Under the pieces are notes generated by a model. The model saw nothing but the letters and a program-made list of their open reading frames with translations, was not told the DNA's origin and searched no databases. From a virus: a stretch of DNA of 64,000 nt. The translations under genes were made by a program, and so were the position numbers. Below are positions 1 to 8,199 of this stretch, piece by piece; the stretch's first letter is position 1, and every line of letters begins with the position of its first letter. The stretch covers positions 1-64,000 of the IMG/VR virus record IMGVR_UViG_3300045988_115635. The stretch is one strand, 5' to 3'.

Positions 1-2868
1 TGGTCCTTGGATACCCTGGATACCCTGGCTACCCGTATCTCCTGTGTCTCCTTTGTCCCCTTTGTCCCCTTTAGGGATAACAAAGTTAAACACAGCAGCA
101 CTAGAAGAACCTGAATTAGTAACTTGTGCATTTGTACCAGCATCACCTGTTGTAACGTTGCCTACAGAAATGGTTGCAGCAGTACCAGTATCACCTTTTT
201 CACCGCGAGGAATACCAAAATTAAAGACAGCAGCACTTGTAGAACCTGAATTGTTTACATAGGCTTCTTCTGTACTGTCTACAATCTCAATTTCCCCAAC
301 GTCAACGGTAGCAGCGTTGCCTGTATCACCTTTCTCGCCTGCTGGTCCTTGGATACCCTGGGGTCCTTGATCTCCCTGGGGTCCTTGAACCCCTTGAATA
401 CCTTGGTCCCCTTTCTCGCCTTTAGGAATACCAAAATCAAAGATGGCTGCGCTAGAAGAACCAGAATTTGTGACAGTAGGAGTAGAACCAGGTTCTAATG
501 AAGTAACTTGACCTACCGCAATGGTTGCCGCATTTCCTGGAATACCCTGACTACCTGTATCACCCGTGTCTCCCTTGTCACCTTTGTCACCCTTTGGAAT
601 AGTGAATTTAAAGACAGCAGAGGTGCTAGAACCCGTATTTTCAACGTTTGCAGCAGTACCAGCTTCACCTGTTACTACATCACCAACAGAGATAGTAGCT
701 GCTTGACCTGGTATACCCTGGGGTCCCGTATCACCTGTATCACCTTTATCCCCTGTATCACCTTTAACGCCCTGAACACCTTGGGGGATAACAAAGTTAA
801 ATACAGCATCGGTGTTTGAGCCTGTATTAGTAACAGATGCTTGTGTACCAGCTTCACCCGTTGTAACGGTCCCAATGGTGATAGTAGAAGTATCGCCTTT
901 ATCACCTTGTGGACCTTTAATGTTGCCTACATCAATCCAATCACTATCAGCACTTGACCATACATACAAGCCACCATTGATTATGTATGCATCACCAACT
1001 TCACCCGTTGGGTGAGCTTGTTTTAAATCTTCATAGGAATCATAAGAGCCTAAGATAGTTACACTTGTACCATCATCACCCTTATCACCTTTAGGACCTT
1101 GTGCGCCCTTAGGAATGTTAAAGACTAATTGAGCGTCAGTAGTAGAACCATTGTTTACAACGCTTGCATTTTCGCCAGCGTCAAGTGTATTGGTAGAAAC
1201 TACAGTAATAGTAGCTGCTTGACCAGCAGGACCAGTAGCACCATCTTCGCCAGGAATACCTTGAATACCCTGCAAGCCTTGGGGAATACCAAATTTAAGT
1301 AAAGCAGCGTTAGAAGAACCTACGTTTTCTACAGTTGCATCGCTGCCAGCAGGTAAGGTTTCAACTGAACTAATGGCAATAGTAGCAGCTTGCCCCGCTT
1401 GCCCTGCTTGACCAGGTTCACCTTGTTCACCTTGATCACCTTTTTCACCCTTTGGAATTCCAAAGTTTAAAATAGCGTCAGTATTAGAACCTGTATTAGT
1501 AACAGTAGGTGTTTCGTCTGGTTCTAAGGCTACAACGGTACCAACGGTAACAGTTGCAGCGTCACCTTTTTCACCTTGTGGACCAGTTTCACCTTGTGGT
1601 CCTGGGTCCCCTTGAACACCCGCTGGTCCGCGCTCCCCGTCTAAACCGTCATTACCTTTAGGTCCCTGTGGAATAGTAAAAACAAGTTCAGCAGCACTTA
1701 GTGTACCTTCATTAGTAACGCTTGCTTGCGTTCCTGGTTTACCTGTAATTGTCTCTTTTACAGTAATAGTTGCAGATTGACCCGCTGGACCTGGCTCACC
1801 TGGCTCACCTTGGGGACCTTTTTCACCCTTTGGAATTCCAAAGTTTAAAATAGCGTCAGTATTAGAACCTGTATTAGTAACAGTAGGTGTTTCGTCTGGT
1901 TCTAAGGCTACAACGGTACCAACGGTAACAGTTGCAGCGTCACCTTTTTCACCTTGTGGACCAGTTTCACCTTGTGGTCCTGGGTCCCCTTGAACACCCG
2001 CTGGTCCGCGCTCCCCGTCTAAACCGTCATTACCTTTAGGTCCCTGTGGAATAGTAAAAACAAGTTCAGCAGCACTTAGTGTACCTTCATTAGTAACGCT
2101 TGCTTGCGTTCCTGGTTTACCTGTAATTGTCTCTTTTACAGTAATAGTTGCAGATTGACCCGCTGGACCTGGCTCACCTGGCTCACCTTGGGGACCTGGC
2201 TCACCTTGAATTCCTGGCTCGCCCTGTTCGCCCTTTTCGCCCTGTTCGCCCCGTTCGCCCCGTTCACCTTGAATCCCTTGGGGCCCTTGGTCCCCTTGGG
2301 GTCCTTGCTCGCCCTGGGGTCCCGCTGGTCCCGCTGGTCCCTGGGGTCCTCTAGGTAAATAAAAATTAAGAACAGGGTTTTTATTGTCACCCGTAATGGT
2401 TACTTGTGGAGTTTCCGATTCTTCAACTACGCCTATAGTGATATTCGGGACAAATGCACCTGATTCAATATCATTTTTAATATCAGCAATTTGTTCATAG
2501 ATTTGCTGAAGAATTTCATCGAACTTTTGTTCATTTTGAGAGATTTCATAGTTGTTTGCTCTCATAATTCTTCTAGCAAATGCTACATAAGCTACTCGGT
2601 AAAATTTTGTATTGTAGTCATAAGTCAAGAAGTCCATCAGTACATCATCAACAGTTTCATCTGATGGATTGACTACATAATGACAAGAAAGTTCGTTAGC
2701 TTTTATATCAACCTGACGTGTTAGATCAGGGTCAAATACCTCATCAATTTTGGCGCATTTAGCCGCTAAGTCAGTAACTTCTACAGCTTCATATAAAGAA
2801 CCATTCAAGCTATTAGTAAGCCAATCGCCAACCTTGATTGGTGTGCCTTTTGAATCTATTAGCATCTA
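1..2868 (-). CDS. collagen-like tail fibre protein, N-terminal ~955 codons; gene runs off the left window edge
   Basis: rc ATG at 2866-2868 preceded by AAAAGGAG; ~170-aa globular N-terminus then long Gly-X-Y tracts (GPQGPAGPAGPQGEQGPQGDQ...) interrupted by recurring ~45-aa modules ending ..LNFGIPKGEKG; no in-frame stop down to position 1; the plus-strand ORFs at 44-1015 and 2104-2358 are shadows of this gene. Confidence 0.8.
1441..2196. repeat. two near-identical tandem copies of a 378-bp (126-codon) unit inside the collagen-like gene
   Basis: 1441-1818 and 1819-2196 identical by eye over almost the entire unit; each encodes one collagen stretch plus one NFGIPKGEKG-type module. Confidence 0.8.
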
Positions 2869-2984
2869 AAAACTCCTTTTCTGTTCTGCTTTTCATTTTA
2901 TAGAACGCCGTGTTTTGTCGCTATGCACTCGCAAAGCGACAGCGCGTTTGTATTTGTAGGCAAACTTTGAGAAAAGGAGTAAAA

Positions 2985-3857
2985 ATGAAGGTTTGCAAGT
3001 TCATTGAAGATTACTACTACAAAAGAGCGGTAAAGGGTTTAAGAAAGTCAACGATTATAGGTTATAAATCTTCTATTGATTTATATATTTTGCCTACTTT
3101 TGGCAAAATGGATTTTGAAGATATTACCGTAGAAATGCTTGAAGACTGGATTGACGGTATAGAAAAAGAAGGTGCAGCTTTTAAGGCTTACAAAACCTTT
3201 AGACAAATCATTAGAAAAGCGATCGACTATGATGTATTTAAAGGCAAAGACCCAACTACTAAACATATTAAAGTAGCTAGAAAGCCAAGGCGTGAGCCTA
3301 AAATCTTAGATGGTCGTGAAGTTGGTGAATTATTAGAAGGGTTTAGAGGTCATTATTTAGAAGCTACGATTATTTGTGCCGTTACTCTAGGTTTAAGGCG
3401 CGGTGAAGCCTTTGGGCTTACTTGGGAGGATATTGATTTACGTTCTGGTAAGGTCAAAATTAAGCGTTCTTATCAAAAGATTGCAGGTGAGGTTTTGGTA
3501 TTACCTCCAAAAACCGAAAAATCTAAGCGTATTTGTTGGTTGCCAAAATCAGCTTTAGTAAGAATGCGTGATTTAGGTCGTGGTAAGACTGGTCGTATTT
3601 CTATTGTTGATCAACCAGATCAAATGGCTAAAGACTATAAAGAACACTGTAAGAAAAATAATTTACCGTATACATCTTTTACTAACTTACGTCATACCTG
3701 GGCAACATTAGCCTTAGAAGGCGGTGCTGATATTGCAACTATTGCCAATATGCTTGGTCACACCGATATTATGAATGCTTACAATCATTACATTGTTCCA
3801 AGAGATAAGATGTATAAGAAAACTCAAAAGATGGTTGACAATTTAATCAACTGGTAA
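2985..3857 (+). CDS. tyrosine site-specific recombinase (phage integrase/XerC-Rci family, ~290 aa); candidate shufflon recombinase
   Basis: ATG at 2985 with AAAAGGAG RBS (the track ORF 2910-3857 starts further upstream); C-terminal catalytic region LRHTWATLALEGGADIATIANMLGHTDIMNAYNHY with conserved R, HxxR and terminal Y; followed by a terminator; ~1 kb from the site array. Confidence 0.8.
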   Translation: MKVCKFIEDYYYKRAVKGLRKSTIIGYKSSIDLYILPTFGKMDFEDITVEMLEDWIDGIEKEGAAFKAYKTFRQIIRKAIDYDVFKGKDPTTKHIKVARKPRREPKILDGREVGELLEGFRGHYLEATIICAVTLGLRRGEAFGLTWEDIDLRSGKVKIKRSYQKIAGEVLVLPPKTEKSKRICWLPKSALVRMRDLGRGKTGRISIVDQPDQMAKDYKEHCKKNNLPYTSFTNLRHTWATLALEGGADIATIANMLGHTDIMNAYNHYIVPRDKMYKKTQKMVDNLINW

Positions 3858-3863
3858 ATCAAA

Positions 3864-3891
3864 GAGGGGTGATATTTCACCCCTCATTTTT
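3864..3891 (+). terminator. rho-independent terminator after the recombinase gene
   Basis: GAGGGGTGA-tatt-TCACCCCTC hairpin followed by ATTTTTT. Confidence 0.7.
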
Positions 3892-3894
3892 TAA

Positions 3895-4239
3895 TATGAA
3901 TCTTTATCCCTAGTAGAGGTTGAGGTTACACCATTTACTAATAACGTTCCTGACACGTCAACCTTTGAATGCTTTGCTGTGCCTGCATTACGCATGTGCT
4001 TTGTACGAGCACATATCGACGGTGCTAAAGGCGCTCATCCGTCTGGTCAGAGTTGGACAGTAGGAAACATCACTGACGAGGAGTATATCCCTGCAAACAA
4101 TTTCGATCTTTATGGATCGGCATCTAACAATGCAGCTATGCGTCCTTATGTGTGGTCGGATGGTCAGTTTGTTATCAAAAATCAGGGTCAAACACAAGCA
4201 GGAACGTCATTTAGTTTAAGCGGTTTTTGGTTCTACTAG
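3895..4239 (+). other. start-less open frame (115 codons) ending in TAG immediately before site Sa; possible decayed or silent C-terminal cassette
   Basis: open from the TAA at 3892; only a GTG at 3979 as start, no RBS; stop TAG 4237-4239 is one nt before GCATTCTATAT. Confidence 0.4.
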
Positions 4240-4256
4240 AGCATTCTATATCCCTG
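4240..4256 (+). repeat. shufflon site Sa (core TTCTATAT 4244-4251)
   Basis: GCATTCTATATCCCTG; follows TAG of the preceding frame. Confidence 0.7.
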
Positions 4257-4514
4257 ATCAAAACTGGCGAAGCTGTACTAAACAAGGGCGACAATACTAT
4301 CACGTTCAATCAGCCATTTCCTGCTGGTATGTATTACAACGGAGTAGCCGTTATTGCCGCTAACGCATCAGATCATGCAAGCGTCAATGGTAGAAGCGTA
4401 CAGGTTATAGAAGTCACAAGCGACCATATTAAGCTAAGGTTTCTATCCAGCTTTGATTCCATATCGCAAGGTAGCGTTAGATGGATTGCGGTTGCTACTA
4501 AGCAGGAGGGATAG
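4242..4514 (+). other. silent C-terminal cassette a (90 codons, begins HSI, no start codon, no RBS)
   Basis: CAT TCT ATA TCC... open to TAG 4512-4514, which abuts the next site; the track ORF 4227-4514 uses a TTG that reads through the site. Confidence 0.65.
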
Positions 4515-4529
4515 CATTCTATATACCAA
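4513..4529 (+). repeat. shufflon site Sb (core 4517-4524)
   Basis: TAG CATTCTATATACCAA. Confidence 0.7.
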
Positions 4530-4805
4530 TTTGAAGAATTTGATATTGACAGCGGGAGTGTTTCTCCTGGAACTTGGCTTACGATTGATGCACCAACAAA
4601 AGAAGGGTATATAGCAATATCAGCAACCTTTGTTGGAACAATAACAAGTGGAGGTTGGCAATGGATAATCAATAATCCGATATGTTTTCCTGAGTCTAAA
4701 TTAGCAAAAATACGTGTTGTAAACAATAACAATGCAAATGCTGCAATACTAGGTAAAATAATTGTCACGTATCTAAAATCTAAGCTTAACAATGATTCTC
4801 AATAA
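4515..4805 (+). other. silent C-terminal cassette b (96 codons, begins HSI)
   Basis: HSIYQFEEFDIDSG...ISATFVGTITSGGWQWIINNP...NNNNANAAILGKII..; stop TAA 4803-4805; homologous to cassette c. Confidence 0.65.
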
Positions 4806-4850
4806 AATAATTGAAAAACGAACAAATGTTCGAACTCAATAAAATAATTG
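4799..4850. promoter_or_regulatory. LexA/Cheo-box-like dyad CGAACAAATGTTCG (~4819-4832) flanked by CTCAATAAAATAATTGA palindromic arms
   Basis: exact match to the Firmicutes SOS-box pattern CGAAC-N4-GTTCG; one of six related copies in the window. Confidence 0.55.
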
Positions 4851-4862
4851 AGCAAAAAAAAT

Positions 4863-4884
4863 AACCCCCTCAATTGAGGGGGTT
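4863..4884. terminator. bidirectional rho-independent terminator downstream of the endolysin
   Basis: AACCCCCTC-aatt-GAGGGGGTT hairpin with an A-run before and a T-run after. Confidence 0.75.
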
Positions 4885-4890
4885 TTAATT

Positions 4891-6109
4891 TTAATAACGC
4901 AATACCTGACCAGGATAGATTGTGTAAGGTGAAGAAATACCATTCTTAGAAGCAATGGTTTTCCAATTTACGCCTAATTTCTGACCAATCTCTGACAAAG
5001 TATCACCTGATTTAACCGTATAAGTATGGTTAGAAGCAGATGAGCCAGAAGAACCAGGAATGGTGAGACGTTGACCAGGATAAATCAAGTTTACGTTAGT
5101 AATGCCGTTAGCAGATGCAATAGCATTTACAGTAGTACCGTAAGAAGATGCAATTCCTGATAAAGTATCGCCAGACTTTACGGTATACATTACGCCAGAA
5201 GAACCGCCGCCATTTACAATCTTCATAACCTCATCGTAGCGTGAACCTAATACGGTCTTACGCAAATTGCCATTACCGTAAACACCTTCCCAGGTTTCAT
5301 CAGCTAGGGTAGAAGCAGAAGAATTAGAAATATGGTTAATCATTTCTTGTACTTCATCGTAGCGTGAACCTAAAGCCTGCTTACGTGCATCACCATTACC
5401 ATAGTCACCTTGCATTACCTTAGCAACAAGGTCAATAGTACGACCTTCTGGGTCAGAGCCTGTTTCTGGGGTAGAAGGTGTAGGAACAGTAGCATTACCA
5501 GACGGGTCTGCATACTTCATCCATGCTTCAGCGTCCATGTAAGCCTTGTTAAGGTCAAGGTTTCCGCCGTAGCCATTCAATCTACCAGCAGATGAATACT
5601 GACGGATAGCACAGCTATAAGCACCTTCATTCCACGGAGTATCCTGATAGCCAGTAGTATTGTTATTTGCATACTGTGCAACCCATGTACCAGCATTTAA
5701 GCCTGATGCAGTGTCCCAGGGAAATACTGACTTAGAAGAATAAATCAAAGGCGTTACGTTTGTTCTATCCTTTACTCTCTGACAGAATTGGCGCAAATAC
5801 TCAACGTTGCCCCATGCACTGTTTTGACCAGATTCCCAGTCAGCACACAAAATACCTTTACCAATCCAATTGAGAATTGAATCTACAAAATGATCAGCTT
5901 CTGCTGTAGCATTGCCGCCAGAAATGTAATGATAAACGCCAAAAAGCTTACCAGCACTAATACACTGTTCTACCTGACGAACACAGTCGGGTGAAACATA
6001 TGATGTACCCTGGGTAGCCTTGCAGATTACAAAATCTGATGGAACTACAGCTAGGTTGATGCCATTTTGCCAATTTGAAACATCAATACCGTTCATTGCC
6101 ATAATTCGT
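4891..6109 (-). CDS. endolysin: GH25 muramidase + 2 CW_7-like repeats + 2 LysM domains
   Basis: start [12 protein letters not shown] with AAAGGAG RBS (the track ORF extends to 6135); GH25 N-terminus (GIDVSNWQ...[16 protein letters not shown]...GVYHY); repeats [21 protein letters not shown] and [21 protein letters not shown] (CW_7-like); two [15 protein letters not shown] LysM motifs. Confidence 0.9.
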
Positions 6110-6151
6110 TTTCTCCTTTCTTTGCAAAGAAACATACTTCAATTTTAAAAG

Positions 6152-6168
6152 TAGTTTTCTATATCGCA
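6152..6168 (+). repeat. shufflon site Se (core 6157-6164)
   Basis: TAG TTTTCTATATCGCAA immediately beyond the endolysin start region. Confidence 0.7.
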
Positions 6169-6478
6169 ATATGAATTAGAAGATTGTTCTAGTTTGGTAA
6201 CTGCAAAAGATAATTTCAGCGTTGTAGAAGCTAGAGTATTAAAGCTTGGTAACTTAAAAATGCTTTATATTTATGTTTCTTGTTCTAGCTTGCTAAGCAG
6301 TGGTACTAATATCAATGCGTTTAGCGTTTCTGGGGAACTTATTCCAAAACAGAAAATACCAATAAGTTCTGACACCGTAACTGGTTATATAGGTACAAAT
6401 GGTAATTCATGGATGACACTTCAGGTAGCAAGATCATCTAGTCAAAACATAGGTTGTTGTACATGTTTTTACATTTAG
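6155..6478 (+). other. silent C-terminal cassette e (107 codons, begins FSI)
   Basis: TTT TCT ATA TCG CAA... open to TAG 6476-6478, which abuts site Sd; the track ORF 6194-6478 (TTG start) is the same frame. Confidence 0.65.
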
Positions 6479-6492
6479 TTTTCTATATCCCA
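6476..6492 (+). repeat. shufflon site Sd (core 6481-6488)
   Basis: TAG TTTTCTATATCCCAC. Confidence 0.7.
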
Positions 6493-6826
6493 CTACTCAA
6501 CAACCGAAACACCAACGGGCAAAACCTGGATTGATGGCAAGCCGATCTACTGTAAAGTGATCAAGTTCGGCGCGATGACAGGCAACAATCGGTATACCAT
6601 AGCGCATGGTATTTCTTACGACACTATAGTGTCCTTTAGTGCTATTGCCCGCAACTCCACTAATAGTTACTTACCTCTTGCGCGTGTTGGATACAATGGC
6701 GACAATCAGATAGATGCGTCCTTAAACGGTTATGCGTATATCACTCCTGATAATGCAATCATCATTGGAGGCTCGCAGACCAACTACACAGGCGCTACCG
6801 TAATTATTGAGTACACCAAGGCTTAA
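6479..6826 (+). other. silent C-terminal cassette d (115 codons, begins FSI)
   Basis: FSISHYSTTETPTGKTWIDGKPIYCKVIKFGAMTGNN...IIEYTKA*; the track ORF 6557-6826 is its GTG-started tail; ends convergently on the stop of the 152-aa gene. Confidence 0.65.
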
Positions 6827-7281
6827 CTAAGTTTATACCCGATAACTTTAGTGATACCGAGTTTGTCCTGTTTTCGTCTTTCCATAGTGCCGTTGTTCGT
6901 AAAACCAAGTTCACCAACAGCATGGTCAGTGTTTAACGTGCATTGCGTTCCTGATATATTCATACCTTTATAAGCGAACCATAAGTAACCATAAGAAGTT
7001 GACGATGTTGCATTGATTCCGATGGTTTTCCCATTCGGATCAGCAATCCTTTGGGAACCACATATGCCATCATCGTGCTTCCAAAAGAACTCTAAGTAGT
7101 CGTAATTCGCCGCAGAATCGGAGAGCGTAATTGCGTCCTTGGTGCCTTGCTCGCTTTCAAAAAGAGTTTGGGATATAGAATCCCAGTTAGCTTCTAAAGT
7201 CGATAATCGCTGGTCAATCGCGTCTCCATCAATAATTAACTGTGTGTCACCGCTCGTATTTTTGCCATATACTTTACCCAT
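6823..7281 (-). CDS. expressed shufflon gene: 33-aa constant N-terminus + DSIS crossover + 115-aa variable C-terminal domain; putative receptor-binding/tail-fibre tip protein
   Basis: the only properly initiated gene in the region (AAAGGAG-8nt-ATG); codons 34-37 GAT TCT ATA TCC are the inverted copy of the site; N-terminus (IDQRLSTLEANW) predicted helical. Confidence 0.7.
   Translation of the reverse strand: MGKVYGKNTSGDTQLIIDGDAIDQRLSTLEANWDSISQTLFESEQGTKDAITLSDSAANYDYLEFFWKHDDGICGSQRIADPNGKTIGINATSSTSYGYLWFAYKGMNISGTQCTLNTDHAVGELGFTNNGTMERRKQDKLGITKVIGYKLS
7170..7184 (-). repeat. shufflon site S0, the only minus-orientation copy (core rc of 7174-7181), inside the 152-aa gene
   Basis: minus strand reads GGGATTCTATATCCC. 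Confidence 0.7.
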
Positions 7282-7314
7282 ATTTTTAACTCCTTTTAGA
7301 GGTGCTTTTAAAAA

Positions 7315-7343
7315 ATTATAGTAGATAGTTTTCTATATATCAA
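7315..7343 (-). promoter_or_regulatory. sigma-A-like promoter of the 152-aa gene: TTGATA-17-TATAAT, with the -35 overlapping site Sf
   Basis: -10 TATAAT = rc 7315-7320; -35 TTGATA = rc 7338-7343; 17-nt spacer. Confidence 0.5.
7326..7342 (+). repeat. shufflon site Sf (core 7331-7338)
   Basis: TAG TTTTCTATATATCAA immediately upstream of the 152-aa gene promoter. Confidence 0.7.
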
Positions 7344-7595
7344 AGTAAAACATATTCTAAAAGTTTGACAATTGGAGCTGGTGCAACAGGAGACTTTTCA
7401 GCAACTCTTGATACACCTGGTGGATATATGCCTGTAGGGGTTACAGCAATAACAACTGGGCAAGTAAAATGGACACTCGTTCAGTTCGAAATCAATGTTG
7501 AAAATAACTACCTAGTTGCTTCAATTCATAGTGTTGACACTTCTAGCAGAACATCAACTGTTGCTATGTCAGTAGCGTTTATAAAGGTGAGTTAG
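7329..7595 (+). other. silent C-terminal cassette f (88 codons, begins FSI)
   Basis: FSIYQSKTYSKSLTIGAGATGDF...AFIKVS*; the track ORF 7365-7595 (TTG) is the same frame; TAG 7593-7595 abuts site Sc. Confidence 0.65.
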
Positions 7596-7609
7596 CATTC
7601 TATAGGCTT
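7593..7609 (+). repeat. shufflon site Sc (core TTCTATAG 7598-7605, one mismatch)
   Basis: TAG CATTCTATAGGC. Confidence 0.6.
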
Positions 7610-7892
7610 TTATTTTGGTGTTCAAAGCGTAGATACTGGCAACATAGATTCAAACGTAAGTTCTTGGCAAACAATTCCCTATGTAGAGGGATATTTACCT
7701 GTTAGTGTTTGCTTTGTTGGATATTACACAAATGGTTCAAGATGGATTGTAAGTAACCCTATGGAAATAACCGATAATGAAAGTCACATAACGTTAGTAA
7801 GAATGTTTAATAACAATGATACGGTTTCTGCTGCTAAAGGTGATTTAGAGATTATATATATAAAAAGATCGTTGTTTGAAAACCTTAGCTAG
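7596..7892 (+). other. silent C-terminal cassette c (98 codons, begins HSI)
   Basis: HSIGFYFGVQSVDTGN...VCFVGYYTNGSRWIVSNP...NNNDTVSAAKGDLEIIYIKRSLFENLS*; homologous to cassette b; not in the ORF track because it has no start. Confidence 0.65.
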
Positions 7893-8199
7893 TTTCAGTA
7901 GGTACAGCAATAAGAGTAACGCTATCGGGAGCGTCAGAAACATCACCAACGTATACTTCTTTAGAGTTCTGCATAGCGGTGTTAATCATCGTTTGAATTT
8001 GGGTTTGGTCCAAGTATTGAGCAGGTGAATAGTCCTGTAAAATTTCTTTAGTATTAGCATCACGTCTGACTACAACAGGTGTTGGAATACCGTTAACAAC
8101 TTTAACCCCATACATAATTTCTTGTATGGGGTGTGAAGTATCATCTACTACATAACCATTAGAAAGTAGTACGTCTATGCCTGTTGTGCTTTCTGACAT
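7885..8199 (-). CDS. hypothetical protein (104 aa)
   Basis: ORF; tight coupling with the upstream gene. Confidence 0.55.
   Translation of the reverse strand: MSESTTGIDVLLSNGYVVDDTSHPIQEIMYGVKVVNGIPTPVVVRRDANTKEILQDYSPAQYLDQTQIQTMINTAMQNSKEVYVGDVSDAPDSVTLIAVPTETS

Noticed and set aside
44-2358. Plus-strand ORFs 44-262, 508-819, 812-1015, 2104-2358, 2148-2354 and minus-strand ORFs 675-905 and 2136-2390
   Set aside because: All lie inside the long minus-strand collagen-like gene, in other frames. They show the low-complexity composition expected of shadow ORFs of a Gly-X-Y repeat gene, and none has an RBS.
4237-7595. Possibility that the TAG codons preceding every cassette indicate amber-codon reassignment or suppressor-tRNA read-through
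   Set aside because: The only tRNA in the window is an ordinary tRNA-Arg(UCU). All large genes (e.g. 1290-aa, 1069-aa) are intact under the standard code. The cassettes are on the opposite strand from the expressed gene, which fits DNA inversion, not read-through.
3895-7892. Diversity-generating retroelement (DGR) as an alternative explanation for a variable tail-fibre C-terminus
   Set aside because: No reverse transcriptase, template repeat or adenine-biased variable repeat is present; the variation comes from discrete, complete alternative cassettes.
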